A DNA stretch of 64,000 nucleotides from Camelus ferus (GCF_009834535.1 NC_045697.1:87856001-87920000); one strand, 5' to 3'; counted from the stretch's first letter, positions 11,701 through 26,511 are shown. Translations and numbers: made by a program. Notes: a model not told the origin generated them from the sequence alone.

Positions 11701-14700
11701 TTGCTATTGCCTGGTATTTTGAATTTTAAGACAACTTCAAAGTCTCAAATGAAAGATTTTTTCTTTCTAAACTGTGCACTACCCAGAATATGACAAGAAT
11801 TTTTTTTTTGAAAATTGGGTGTTACATGAGCTAATTTTTTTCTCTAACTCCTTTTTACATGGTCCATTAAAAGTGATTTTTCTTTATTCTTTTCTAGGTA
11901 GATATTTGGGTAGAAAACCACTTGGTAGTAAAAATTGTCAAAAATTTAGCAGGAAGAAAAAAAATATAAGTGAAATAAAAAGAGAAGGCAGAGGCCTGTT
12001 TAATTTTCAAATTTAATAATACTCTGTGGATAACTGAGGGTTGGCAGATATAATGTTTCTTGTCTAGCCCGGCCATTTAGAGAGAAGTATTTCATATCTA
12101 CATCGACAAAGTACAAACGCTGTCCAGGGATGCTGCATGGAATTCATCTCTTTCCAGGACTTCAAAAGTACATAAATCCATAGTGTTTTGAATGGTTATG
12201 CTTATATTGAATTTTTCTTTCCCTTTTCTTTCTGGAGGAGAGTTAGTCAATCCTTTCTTCATCCTTTACCTCCACTCTTGGCTAGATAAGAGTCAAAACA
12301 GAAATACGCAGCTAAGTAATTATCTGTGATCTCAGATGTTTAAGATCAAAAGGATAAAACATAAAAAATTAGAAAAAGAAAAAAGTGAGAAGTAGAAACA
12401 CTTCATGATGAATAATAAATAAATTTTTCCTCACTGGAGAGGCTTTAAGTGAAACATTTCTACCTAACAATTGTTAAAAAAAATCATATTTAATTCAGTA
12501 AATATTAAACTCATAACACTCATTTAACAAGTAATGTTATGTATCTAGCATCATGCAGACTGAGTCTGTATTGCCCTCACACTGAGTTTAAACAAAATAA
12601 GCATCTTAGCTGTACCTAAGTTTAAGGTTGTTTAAAGAAAAAAAATCAGTTTTGTAAATTGCTTTGCACAGCTGCTATCTGTAATAAAGAACTCAATAAT
12701 GTTAGTTTAAATATCTTATAAAATCAATTATCTTGATTGTTTCATGTCTGTAAAACAAAATTACACTTTCAAATAAGCCAGAGGTTTTGCCTATAATGAT
12801 CAGACTGTATGTACTCTGTATATGAATACTTTTCTTTTTAGTGTTTATATTGCATTTTAATATCACTGAATAAAAAATAGTTTTTAATAAAATTATATAC
12901 TTAAAAACATAAAAGAAATGAATTAGTGTTAAACTCTAAGCATTATATTGCAATAATTAAATTGAGAAACATGCCCATCCTCAATATTAGAATACAAATA
13001 AGGTATAATGAGTATTTAACTTTCCAACACATTCATTTTTTTTTTATGTTAACAGTAATTGGATTTTGGTTGCTTCAATACAACAAAGACCTGATGATAT
13101 TCCATAATTCAAATGGAAAAAGTACATGGAAAATATTTTAAGATACAGTTATGTCTTTTTTTCTTATTGTGTTTAGAAGAAAAATACTTCGGTTCAAAAT
13201 TTGATTGACAAGTTAGATGTCTTTGAATAACTAAATATCCTAATTTCACTTTCTTAATCAGCAAAATGAGGAGTATTTAAGGTGAACCTTTATCTTCTTG
13301 GTTCTGCCCATTTAGAACTCTCACAGATGAAATAACTGTTCCCCACAAAGAGGAATTAAACATGCTGTGGTCTCTTATTGGGTATTTCCTTGAATTGTAC
13401 CAACTTTTAGCAAGGCCTTGTTATTTGCAGTTTACTCTGAAAACAGTTATCTGAGTTTTCTCTCCCATCTATCCTCATGTTTCGTATTCTGGATTTAGTT
13501 TTTCTTTCATCCAGTGTAGTATTTACTTATACTTTAAATTTGTATTTTGCTTTTTTTAATAGTGGAATTATATAATTTCTTTTCTGAATAATATTAAAGA
13601 ATAATTTTTGAACAATAATATTGGCACTGAGAGAAATCACTGGTGCCAGAATCTGACTGGCCATTGGAAAACTGTACCTTACAGCTCTACAGGACACTCA
13701 CGCCGCCTGGTGCATAGGCCCCTCCTAATGGCGCTGTGCTACAGGTGCTTTCCATGTAGTGTTTTGGGTGCCAAGGCAACTTCTCACACAACAGTCTGGG
13801 GAGCAGCAGGTACAGTGCAATGCACAGGCTTTTAGTCATCCTGTGATTGATTGTAATACTTAGAAATCAGCATCCTAACATTTGGTGCACAGCAGTTTAC
13901 TCAAAATCTATTAGATTAATTGTACAGCCATCAAAACCTGGAAAGCTATGTGTAAAAACATGATATGAATGTTAGCAGCATAAAGCTATACTTTTCTCAG
14001 TCTTAATGAGTTTATAGGGGTAGCTTTAGACATTTAACAGCTTAATAACTTCGAAGAGGATTTTTAATAGAATTGTCTATTATGCTAAAGTGGGTAGTGC
14101 TAAAATCTAAAGAGGGATTTCATATGAATGTATATAAACCATATAATGGTTAAAACTTTTAGAATTTAGAGTTTATATAAAAAAAGAGGGTTGCTAAGCT
14201 TCAGGGAGAAAGAAGATGTGAATAATTGTGAAATCTTACAGAAAATGTTAGAACAAAATCACATTTACCTTACTTTGTATGCTATGCAAAAGTAAATGAT
14301 GTAAGTGAATATTGGCTTGTAGACCATCTTGATTCTGATGAGACCATGCCAAAATGTTGTCTACAGTATTGTAACCTCATTTTTTTAAAGGCAGCAGCCA
14401 GTTGGTGGGACAGCTGAGAAAAACTCTGAATAATTAAAGCTATGTGAAGGTACTGAAATATTAGACAAATTTCAAACAAATTTCTTCAGGAAATCAAATA
14501 TGAATGGTCAGGCTTCACAAAAACCAGATCCCATTTTCCAGCAAAGAAACCATGACTGAAAATAGCAACAACACTTGGTACACCCTGTACAATTAAACAC
14601 ATATGCAAACTAACAGTGAAACTGCTGGCAAAAAATGTTTTGTGTCTATGTCTAAATCCATCTTGTTTCTGGAAGAATGACTAGGGGAAGAAATAACTGA

Positions 14701-15354
14701 TAAACCAAATATCTAATATGTAAACATATGATTTAAAATGTTTCTGCGTGCTGATTTATCAGAAAGGGTACCAAGGAGGGGAGGGAAAGGTTAAGCTTTC
14801 TTTGTTTATAGAGGATTTAATATTACACAGTAAGAGGAAACAAAGGATATTCTTGGAGTAGTCTGTTAAAAAAAACTTTTCAATGAGAATTCCAGAGCAG
14901 CCATGATGTTAAACAGATGTATTATTTTTCGGACTTAAAGTAAGAAGGTACAACAATCATTGTACATATACACAGAATACTTTGTCTTCATATTTTCCCA
15001 GTAAATATATAGACATTGTTTTCCCAGGAAAAATATAGAAATAAAAGCACTGTGGTAACAGTATGTTTGAGATGATTGAGCGGTCAGCAGTTAAACTTTA
15101 AATCTTGAGTTCTGACTAAATTATTCTATTTAATGATTTTTTTAAAATGTCATTTTCAGAAATGACAATTCCTAATAAATTTTTTCATGAGTCAGACTGA
15201 AAGCAAACTTTTGTTATGTCTATTTAATCTCCTTTCAAAATCCATTTATTTCTCATGGAGATGGATATCCTATAGGACTCTTTTGGTTTCAACATTATCT
15301 CTGAATTAGCTAATTCATACAGCAAATTATAGCACTATAATTTCAAAATAAAAT

Positions 15355-15505
15355 GAATATAGGAGTTCAGATACCTCTTCCAGATTCTGATTTAAATTCT
15401 TCTGGATATATATAAATATATACACACAGAAATGGAACAGCTGGATCATATAGTAGCTCTATTTTTACTTTTCTGAGGAATCTCTATACTGTTTTTGATA
15501 GCAGT
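15355..15505 (-). mobile_element. L1 fragment
   Basis: cagatacctcttccagattctgattt...gctggatcatatagtagctctatttttacttttctgaggaatctctatactgtttt. Confidence 0.75.
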
Positions 15506-15710
15506 TTTATAACAGGCATGAAAATGCATACTAGCCTGATTTTCCCCAAGCTATTTGGTTTAAGGAATAGTCACATTTGCCCATTCTTTGCTTCAAGATT
15601 TATTAAGTATATTGAACAAGCATACAACAGTTTTGATTTAGTGACTAGGCAAATTCCTTATTCCTCGTGTTGCCAAATTCCACCCCTCCCCCCACCACTG
15701 GAGGTGGAAT

Positions 15711-17178
15711 ATTTATTTTTTTAATTAAAAATTGTATTGAGGTATAGTTGATTTCCAATACTATAAAAGTTTCAGGTATACAACAGAGCAATTCACAATT
15801 TTAAAGGTTATACTCCATTTACAGTTACTATAAAATGTTGGCTGTATTCCCTGTGCTGTACAATATAGCCTTGTAGCTTATTTACTGTATACATAGTAGT
15901 TTGTACCTCTTAATTCCCTACCCATATCCTATCCCTTCCCCTTCTCTTTTCCCATCTGTAACCACTAGTTTGTTCTCTGTATCTGAGAGTCTGTTTCTTT
16001 TTTGTTATATTCGTTAGTTTGCTTTTTTTTAGATTTCACATATAAGTAATACCACACAATATTTCTTTCTCTAACTTATTTCACTAAGCATAATACCCTC
16101 CAAGTCCACCTATGTTGTTGCAAATGGCAAAATTTCATTCTTTTTCGTGGCTGAGTAGTACATTGTATATCTATACCATGTCTTCTTTATCCACTCATCT
16201 GTTGATGAGCACTGAAGTTGCTTCCATATCTTGGCTATTGTAAATAATGCTGCTGTGATCAGTGGAGTGCATGTATTTTTTCAAATTATTGTTTTTGTTT
16301 TCTTTGGGTATATACACAGGAGTGAAATTGCTAGATCATATGGTATTTTTAGTTTTCATTTTTTTGAGGAACCTGTACAATGTTTTCCACAGTGGTTGCA
16401 TCAATTTACATTCCCACCAACAGTGTACACGGATTCTCTTTTCTCCACATCCTTGCCAGCATTTGATATTTGTAGTCTTTTTGATGATAGCCTTTCTGAC
16501 AAGTGTGAGGTGATATCTCATGGTGGTTTTGATTTGCACTCTCTGACGATTAACGATGTTGAGCATCTTTTCATGTGTCTGTTGGCCATCTGTATATCTT
16601 CTTTGGAAAAATGTCTATTCAAGTCTTCTGCCCATTATTTAATCAGGTTGTTTGTCTTTTTGATGTTCAGTTATATGAGCTGTTTATATATTTTGGATAT
16701 TAACCCCTTATTGGTCATATCATTTGCAAATATTTTCTCCCTTTCAGTAGGTTGTCTTTGCATTTCGTTGATGGTTTTCTTTGCTGTATAAAACCTTTTA
16801 AGTTTAATTAGGTCCCACTTGCTTATTTTTTGCTTTTGTTTCCTTTGCCTTAAGAGACAGATTCAAAAATACACTGGCAGCAGTTTATGCCAAAGTGTGT
16901 TCTGCCTATGTTTTCTTCTAGTTTAATGGTTTCCTGCCTTACATTTAGGTCTTTAATCCATTTTGAGTTTATTTTTATATATGGTATTAGAAAATGTTCT
17001 AAGTTTATTTTTTACATGTGGCTGTCCAGTTTTCCCAGCACCAGTTGTTGAAGAGATAATTTTTTCTTCATTGTATATTTTTGCTTTCTTTGCCATAGAT
17101 TAGTTGACCTTATGTGCATGGTTTTATTTCTGGGCTCTCTATTCTGTTCCATTGATCTATGTGTCTGTTTTTGTGCCC
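15711..17178 (-). mobile_element. L1, 5'-truncated (ORF2 C-terminus plus 3'UTR), artiodactyl/laurasiatherian type
   Basis: Minus ORF 16336-16566 gives [11 protein letters not shown]...CWQGCGEK...[14 protein letters not shown], the ORF2 Cys-rich domain; T-rich tail at the left end. Confidence 0.95.
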
Positions 17179-20149
17179 CTGGTTGCCAATTTTTTGATGA
17201 GTTTTGTGTAGTCTGTTACTGTTATACAGCTGAATAGGGGAGTGATGGTGGTGTTGGGGAGGCAGTTTGGAGAGGAGATCTCTCCCTAGACTTTTGCAAC
17301 GTATTCCTTCCTAAATACCTCATTGTCCCATGCAGTTACTCTTTTTGTTTTGTTGAGAACTCTGAAATCACTGCCAAGCCTTGCAATTTCATCAGGGCAT
17401 GTTGATGTTTTCTCTTTCTGGTTACCATTTTCTTTCTCTCCTTCCAGGATGTCTCTCCCATAATGAACCGCCATTCAATATCACATCCAATATCCTGTGG
17501 AAGGCCACCCACCCTAATCTTACCATCTACAATGCATGTCTCCTGACTTTCTGTTTACTGCCTTATCATCAGAGAAACTTTCCTAAGAGTATCTTTCGAT
17601 TGTGTGTGTATGTGTTTGTTTATTTGCTTTAGCAACTTGGGACATCTAAGAGGTCTATGTTGTTGGTAAATAGAGTTTAACTTGCCAAATAAAATAAGAA
17701 AAGTAAAATGAAGACAATTACTCTGAAATAATAAGAGTCTTAGACTTACATAAATGTAGTTTGGCAGGTGAAGTGACCTAGGCCATCTCTTGCATGTCTA
17801 AGGTCAGGACACACAGTCTGAACCTTCACTGTACACAGCAACATCACTGGAATAGATGGTTCAGGAGAACAAATTATTCTTAAACAAAACCTTTTTATGC
17901 TTCCAAATAAATTTGTGCCTTTAGTAAGGGCTGCAAGTTATTTTTTTTAACATGTTTATTTTAGGAAATCTTATTCACAGTGTAATCCATTCATCTCCAG
18001 CAGAAACACAAAGTGGCCCCTTGATCTACTTCTCTTTTGGTTGATTTTGTCACTTCTGATCCATAAGCTTCTAAAGATCATCACTCATTGCCAGGTGATT
18101 AAGCTATGATTCCACAGTCGTAAATAAGATTTGCTAATGAAAAATTCCTGATCATCTATTATATACTGGGGATAAACAGACACATTGGTGTTGCTGAGAC
18201 ACATGAAAATTAAAAGATATAACTGCTCTCTTTGAAAAATTTGTAATTGTTATTATACTAAACTAAATAATAATACAGGAAGAATTAGTTACAAATCTGT
18301 ATGGCCAATGATTAAGAAAACAGAGAAAAGAAAATTCTTTCTGATATAGTTCATCCTGTTCCCACTACCGGGTGAAAAAAAGGAAATTAAAGTTTTACTG
18401 GTTGGTTATTTAACTCTTCATTTTGCTTCCACATTGTCTCTGAAGACACATCCAAGGGTGCTGTGGCATGGCTGGAGTGAGCCAGTGTTGGATGATGGGA
18501 TTCTGTTTGTGATTACAGGAGGCCTTCCACAATCTTATTTCCTTAGGTTCTTCATATTAACCTAGAATAATAACTCTCCATGTGGCACACCCTAGTTGGA
18601 ACAGGCTTTGTTTAGGTTCTTTTTTTTTAAAGTGTTGCTGCTTAAATGGTCTACCCATCTTGAGTGCTAGAATAGTGAGAGCAAACGTCAGTTGAGTTCA
18701 CTTACTTAAGGTACTTCTCCTTAATCTTACAAAAGGGAAACTATTAAATCAAGGCTTAATAAAAACAACAAAAGACTTAATTGACAATATGAGTAGCCAC
18801 CTTATGGAATGAAATATTTGTGGTTTATTACATAACTAATATGGATAAATAAACATAAGACCCAAGATCTCCAGCCATTGTGGTCGCCCTTTTCATACTT
18901 TTCAAATTGTGATCTGAGGCTCCATTCAGCAGATTTTGAGAATGTTCCCCCCACTGCCATAATTTTTCTCTGGAAGTGTTACATGTTCTATAAATCCAAC
19001 TTGTTCCTGACTTCAGCTATGCCAAAGCTCTGCTGAGGCCCTTTCTTCTACCTATGAGCAACTTCTCCGGGAAGCTTCAATTTTCCCACACCATTCCACT
19101 GTGAACATGGATACAGATAAATCCTTCAATTCCTCAAGGCAAAAAACGAAAAACAGCTTGAAGGTGAATTGCTGTCTTCATTTCTAGAGAAAGAAATAAT
19201 ACTTTTCCACGTTCTTAAAAAAATATCAAAGTTCCTCGCAGATCTTTCCTTCCCATAATAAACTTGTATATAGTTACACAGTAATATTGGCATTATTATC
19301 AACTTTTCCACCACCAGATTATTGCTAAAGTCTTTGGCCAGATATATTTAATAGAACTGTCTTCATTTTGGTTGTGCCTAAACATTTTGTTTCTTTTATT
19401 TTCCTTATTCTCTGATATCAACCAGTTATTTTGTATGAGGAATCCCATGCTGATTCATGTGGTGCTGGTCACTTTCTTACACGAATACCAACAAATACTG
19501 TAAGAAATTCGCAGTCTCTCCATCAGCAGTTGCTCAAATTTCAGCCTTTATGATACAGAGGTGACATCGACTACACTTTAGTTCCTGTTGCTATTCTGTG
19601 CCCACTGAAGGCAGCCTGCAAGTTGAACTGGTGCTGTGCCTCTCAGAATGTGTACTCTACAATGGTGCCCAATTTAACTACACAGACCTGAATGTTTTCT
19701 CCATAATAGAAGTCAGGGAAAAGAAGGAAAAAAGAGAAAAGTATCAAATTCCTCAGCTTGTGATTTCAAAAAAGTTTCAACAAGTAAAAATCCTATTTAG
19801 AAAACCTTATTTTGTGATGACTTCTTGATCCACATTATCCAATTTCACCCTAAACGTGTGTGGTCTGAGGCTTTGTTCTCTGCCATTTTATAGTCACTAT
19901 ACAGGACCTACAATAATATCTGTCAACAGCAGCCTTTAATACAGAGGTAGGCAGCTAATAACTTTTTATATTAATTAGAGGCAAAGTAATCTTTGCAAAA
20001 TAATTTTTAAATTTCAGATTTTAGTTGTCATGTTGGGACAAAAAAGTCCTTAAGCTAAATATGTAACACTGGAAAGACTACAGCTTTTCTTCTCAATGGT
20101 AAAAATAATTGAATATCCAAGCAATTGCTCTAATAAAGTTAAAACTGGT

Positions 20150-20650
20150 TTCCATTTATTCATTCTTTAAATAAAAGTTTATTGAGTATGTTTTATACAA
20201 TGTCCAGCTGGGTTTTGTGGATACAAAAACCAGAACCAAGTCTTTCTCTTCAGAGACCTAATAGTCTAGTGGGGAAAAAAGGCTTAAAAACCAATTGTTA
20301 TTATTTATAAGTACTATACTGGAGCAGTTATTCTTACACAGGGATGCACAACAAATACTTATAGGCATTTCTTTTATCATTGTTTTTCAAAACACATGTG
20401 CATGGCTATGCATTTCAGGTGTATGAGTTTTAAAAAGCATTACTTTGATTCTGACTTGCGTGTTTATTGGAGTCATAGGAAGATGATGATTCAGCAGAGG
20501 GAATGATGAACTCAGGCTGGGAGGCAACATTTGGTCTAGCATAACTTTAATCTGGATCTTGAGGATTATGTGGGAGTTCAGTAGGTAGAGAAAAAGGAAA
20601 CGGTACTAGGGTCAGAGAAATAGCAAATAAAAAGGCATAGAAGCGTACTT
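20150..20650 (-). mobile_element. L2 3' fragments
   Basis: catttattcattct...tttattgagtatg...gtggatacaaaa...agtctagtgggg. Confidence 0.65.
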
Positions 20651-21079
20651 ATAAACAGAAGGAAGACATAACATTTAAAGATAACATGGCATGGCAATGA
20701 CTTCTGAAAATCTGTCACAAACAAAAGCCCTTTGGACCTATGTCAATCAATCACAAAATAAAGTGTCCTTAGAAGTAAACATGTCAATAAGAATTTGAAT
20801 CAAAGTCAATGACTGCGTCTGTGTAAGAGCAAATTTCATTTTCTGGCAAGTATGGAACCACGGCATATGGTTGTGGGAAAGGATGACAGTATGAGAACTG
20901 GTTCCACCCTTTGAAAAAACGTTGTTTCAAAACATTTGTTCTCTAGACAGTATCCTCCTAAATGCATGTCATAAATGAAATTCTGCCTTTTCTTGATTAA
21001 CATTCTTTCTAGTTCTAAATAAATCAGAAACCAAGTAGGAATAGGCATGTGAGGTCAACAAGTTTATAAGATAATAGGT

Positions 21080-21260
21080 TTTTATATGTGCCACACATTG
21101 TGCTAAGCACTTGTAAAACACTGTTTAACCTCACCACTATAGGACTTATTAACTCCATATTACTGGTGAGAAAGCTATGGATTTGATAGTTGAATAGCTT
21201 GCCTAAAATAACTTGGTATTCAAACCCAAACAGACTCTAAATTCTGGCTTCTAAAGACTC
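21080..21260 (-). mobile_element. MIR SINE
   Basis: atgtgccacacattgtgctaagcactt...tttaacctcacc...tactggtgagaaagct...gcttgcctaa...attcaaaccca. Confidence 0.7.
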
Positions 21261-21519
21261 TGATCTACAGTCTTATTTTATGGCATAGAAACACTTTTCT
21301 AATACATACTCAGCTTATAACAAGGATGGTGGAAAACACTCATTAATGCCACATAACAAAGTACAGTGTATTGTGTTGTAATACAAAGAGCTGTCAAGCA
21401 ATAACATGTTCAAGCACACATTAGTTTTGTCACCTTGAGAATATAAAGAATTGATAACTTAGATGACATTAGTCAAATTTTGAATGAATTTTCTTCAAAT
21501 TGAACTTTAAGATAAAATA

Positions 21520-22710
21520 TGCTATATACCAGGAGGAAATCTTTGAATGAAACTTAAGAGGACAGACCAGCATAGCTCTTAAGCGTTCACTCTTCATTCC
21601 CCAGGTAGGGAAACAGGATTAATGTCCTTTCCCAAATTTTTACAAGATCAGACCATTTTCTTTCATGACCATGTAAATCTTCCTGTACTATACAGGCTCA
21701 AACATCAGCTATATTACTCTCTCATCCTTCTGGGATCTATGATTTCCTGACCCCTTCTCAGTCCTTCCCATTTACTGAAGGATTTGACATTATTTTCCTC
21801 TTCACCCCAAATTTTGTACATTGTCAAGGTGGGTTCAACCATTTATTGAATCAATCAATATTCTAACTTTTCATTTATGTGTCTCCTCTACTGTAATATT
21901 GAAACCTGGACTCACAGGTCCAAATTCTCAATCTCAACACTTCAACTTTCCAATCTTATCACTTCATTGAGAATGGAGTGACCACGTCATCACTAGCTAA
22001 CAGGTATTATTCTGTTCTCCTTAATTGGTTTGTTTGGCAACATCCTCATCTTCTGAAATGCTCTTTTCTATAAGCTTATATGAAACCACACTGTCCTTGC
22101 TTTTTTCCCCCTTTAATCTTTCTGACTGCTCTTTTTAAAATCCCTTTCATGAGCTATTTGTCCTCTCCATTCTTTCAATGCCAGTGCTTTTCAGATTTTC
22201 ATCCACAAACTCTTCCTACTGCAAATACATTTTATGCTTTTAAGCCCACTTTCTACCCGGATGACTCCAGCTTAGATTCATCTCCTGGACACTTTGGAGA
22301 TGCATATATCCAGCCACCCACTAAACATTTTATTTTGGAGAAGTATTTTCAGGCAGAGAGAATCTGTGCAGAGGACAGAAGCAATAGTGGATTTAGAGAA
22401 TCTGAGAATGTTTCATTTTGAGTAAACAGGAGAATAGCAAATGAGACTGGAAAGAAATGATAGCTATTATTCATGGAGATCTTTATAAAACATACTAAGA
22501 AGTGTGGATTTTATTTCAAGAGAAATATAGAGCTATCTAAATTTTCTAATCATGGGAATGGCACTGTGGAAAGATTTTTCTGAAAATAGGACAGAAAATT
22601 GATGATTAAAGAAAAGCAGTGGAAAGTAACTAGTTGGGAAACTTTTATAGTAACCCAAGTGAGAATTGTGGGAGTCTGAAGTAAAATAAAGTAAATGGAG
22701 ATAAATGTTT
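21520..22710. mobile_element. degraded L2 fragments (plus ~21520-22330, minus ~22340-22710)
   Basis: Pyrimidine-rich L2-like body, then a purine-rich reverse L2 segment (gagtgtggattttatt...gtaacccaagtgaga). Confidence 0.45.
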
Positions 22711-23599
22711 AGTAAATGTTTACTAAAATTAATAATCTTTTATTCAGTAAGTATTAGTATTTCCATTGATATGGAATGAACTCCTTTTATATTGAAATAA
22801 ATTTAGTAGAATGCCTGAAAATCATTTCTGGGACTATGACCAGGGAAATATTTTAAGTCAATATATACAGTGGAAATTTATCAGTTATAAAGTGAAATGT
22901 GTCAAATTTATTACCTCTGGAAGCTTTACTTGATCCCAATAAAACTGACTGATAAATGAAGACATTTGAAAAACAAACAAGTAAAATAAAAGGAGCAAAA
23001 CCAACAACAAAAACATGGATTATCTGTCAGCGCATTACCAAAAAAAATAAAGATTTTTTTTTTGACTCAATTAACTGAAGTTGAGTTTAAATTTGCTGGT
23101 CTTATTTTTCAAATGAGTTTATGTGATATTTTTAATTATCTCAGTGTTAATTAAAATAATTGTTCCCCAGGAAACTTTTTCAATTACTTAACAAGATATG
23201 AAAAAATTATCAATAAACTTTGCTGTATTATTTTAATTTTGTACACACATTCCTATATGTTCTGCTAGGTAAAATGTGTGGTTCAGAGGACTTTCAAGGC
23301 CATTAATACTATTTTTAAATTTTCAGTTTTACATTAAAAACATTTTTTAGGGTGATCTGGCAGAAAAATTTTTGACATATTATGCTATTACCATTTTCTA
23401 GATCGAGATATTCTGAAGGTAATAAAACTATGTATTAAATAACACTGTCATATAAATGTTCTTATTATTTTCTGAAACACTGTATAGCATAAACAGGGAC
23501 AACATTTTCTCAGAATACAATCATGAAAATCAGACTTTGGTTAAGTGATATACAGAGCTTTCAGGATGCTTATTCCACTGTACTGGTAGATTACAACCA

Positions 23600-24092
23600 T
23601 GTGTAGTACTCCGGTACAAAGTACCACAACCTGAGCAGCTTAAACCAGCACAGATGCATTCTCCTACAGGTCTGGAGGTCAGAAATCCTAAGTGGATTTC
23701 ACTGAGCTGAAATCAAGGTATCAACAGTACCACGTTCCCTCCAGAGTCTCTGGGAGAAAACCTGTTTGCTTGCCTTTTCCAGCTTCCCCAGGACTCTGCA
23801 TGTCTTGAATTATGGCCTCTTCTTTGTTTTTCGAAGCCAATGGCCTAGATTCTTCTCTTTCTGGCTCTGCTGACCTTGGTTTTCATCACAGAGCCATCTA
23901 TCTTCTGTCTATAGTCAAATCACCATTTATCTCCATCTCATAAGGATAATTCTAAGGATTCTTTTTCAGATAATTCAAGATTTCAAGATTCTTAATTATA
24001 CCTACAAAATCTCATTAGTCATGTAAGCTAATATTCACAGTTTCCAGAGATTAAGACCTGATTAACTTTGGGGCCATTATTAAACTTAAACA
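23600..24092 (-). mobile_element. MaLR solo LTR, MLT1C/MLT1D-like
   Basis: caaagtaccacaacctgagcagcttaaac...tctggaggtcagaaatc...gctgaaatcaaggt...ttggggccattatt. Confidence 0.85.
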
Positions 24093-26371
24093 TATAATAA
24101 TACTGCAATAGCAGAATTAATTTTTTTCCTTGAGCATTTTATTTTCACCTTTCCCATTGTTGGAAGCAGATGAGTTTTGTTTCATTTTATATCATTTTGG
24201 TATGATTATACCACCCATATCCATTGTATTTTTGGTGTTGGGGCCTTGGATAAAGGAAGAAGGCAGTAAAGTGCATTAGAAAAATGGTTCTCCAACAAGA
24301 TTCTTTTCTATGTTGTTATCTTCACTTCTGTAACTTCCCACTAGTGATATGTAAAATATAATGAATTTGTTTTTCTTAGCTGAGCAGATGAAATAGAAAG
24401 ATGGCAGCCCTGGTAACTGGAATTCATGTGCCCTAATGGGAAACAAAGAGGACTCTCTTCTCCCTTTTCCTAAGAGCACATGCTCTCCTCTCCTCTCTGG
24501 CTTTAATTAAGAGAACAGAATCGTGTAAGACTCACAGAATCAATATTTATGGTGGAGGTGCCTGGAGGAAGGATGCTCTGATCATCCTATTATATGTGCT
24601 GGTATTTTCTGATCTTTAAAAAAAACCTAAGGCACATTGCTCAGAAGGCATATTTTTAACCCTGGTGGCCTAAACCACAAATTCCAACTACTTAGTTACA
24701 TTCCGCCTAGAGTATCCTTCCAAGTGTTCCAGAACTCATGGTGGTTTTTATTTCCTATTCTAAGCAGCTTGGTTGTTGTGCTATTGTTATTTAACATTCC
24801 TGAGAGCAGACAGATGTGCAATTTGAAAGAGGACTATGCATTTTCTATTGAATAAGCTAATAGTCTAAAATCTGGTTGCCATATTCCATTTCTAAAGTTG
24901 AATAAAAGAAATGCATGAAAGGAAACATAATAAAAGGAAACAGTGAAAGAAAATACAAGACAAGGCATCTGTCCTGGTTAAAACCCAAACCAGCTAATAT
25001 GGAGAATAGGCCACATTGTGACTTTGGGTCTGGCTAATGTTCTTATGTGAGCAAAAACAATAAAACACTGTGCTTGTGTTGTAAATTGACAGGATTATTA
25101 TCTTCTAATAAAATGACTTAAATATGTTTAAAGGAAGGATCACAGGAAGATGGGACATTTTTGTACAGCAACAGCATTCCATTTAAAATAACTATTGTAC
25201 ATTAGAACTCTCCATTCTTCCCATCCCCATTTCTTTCCAATCATGTTAAACAGCATTCACATTTCTTAACATTGCAATTCACTCGTTGTTAGAATCAAAG
25301 AACTATTACCAAAAAATTACAGACTCAGAATATATTGGCAGCAAGGAGTCAATATAGTGATAATTAATTATTACAAGCCCCTAGCCTTTCTCTTCTATTT
25401 CAGTGGAAGGGCTCTCTCTCCTTTTAAGACAAATACTTTTGCTTGTACTTTGAAACTACACCCTCTGTCTTGTGCAATTTAACCTACAAATTGGTTCTCT
25501 CCAGTCTGACTTCAGGCTACTCTGACCTACTTGCCTTTTACTCTTGGTATATAAGCAGGTCAAGCCTCTTTTGTGTAGCATGATAACAATGTTTTTTAAA
25601 AGGGGTGAATATGTTTTTTTCTTTTGCATTTCCTTAGTAGGACTCTCCCCCAGTTCAGCCAGTCATCTGTTTGCCTTGAGGACGACTGAAATTGTGGAAG
25701 CTGGATTGCATTGAGTCAGAGGCAGTAAAGATTCAGATTTTGATGCTCAGAATAAAATATCTGGGTTGACTATAAGACTGAAGTTTTGAAAGCCAGGCTT
25801 GGCTAGAAAAGAAATTCTATTTCTAAAACCCTCTAGCTTCCACTAATGTACTAAGGTATTATGTATTTGGCTTGTCATGCTAGATCATACCCATTTTCTA
25901 TTTACCAAGAATAAAGAAAAGTCAGGATATGTCGTGAACAAAGTCTGTCATAAATGTTGGTGGGGAAGCCTTCCCTCTCCTATTGCTAGGTCTGGGTGGG
26001 TCAAATATACGATGAGGTCCTGATTGCCTCTCTTTAGACCGTGGTTCCAAATGCGATACATGTTATTAAGTGTGAAGAAAAGCCAAGAATGGAGCAAAGT
26101 TGTTACCACTTCCTGTTTGGAACCTTGGGAGGAGGCACGTATGCAGTTTCCTTTCATGTCAAAGACCCTCTGAAGGCTCCCTCCACTGGAAGTCAGCATG
26201 GGGGTGAGCAGGAGGCCTGAGAGACTCTTTTGCCCAACTCCATGAGGGCTACATTTTCCTCGAGCCCAGAAACCACCTCAGGAAGGAAGAAGAGAATGTG
26301 AAGAACAGTTGTGATGAGAAACGGGACTTTCAATAGATTCCTTTTTTTTTTTTTTGAGAGTCAGAGCCCCG

Positions 26372-26443
26372 TTTTTTTCTGTTTAATTGAAGTACAGTCA
26401 GTTATAATGTGTCAATTTCTGTTATACAACACAATGTCCCAGT

Positions 26444-26511
<68 letters not shown>

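Noticed and set aside
16231..16791. 186-aa hydrophobic plus-strand ORF
   Set aside because: It is the antisense frame of L1 ORF2, a well-known spurious ORF.
15669..17192. gttgccaa(a/t)tt as TSD of the 1.5-kb L1
   Set aside because: Short, imperfect and ~30 nt away from the tail; cannot be distinguished from chance.
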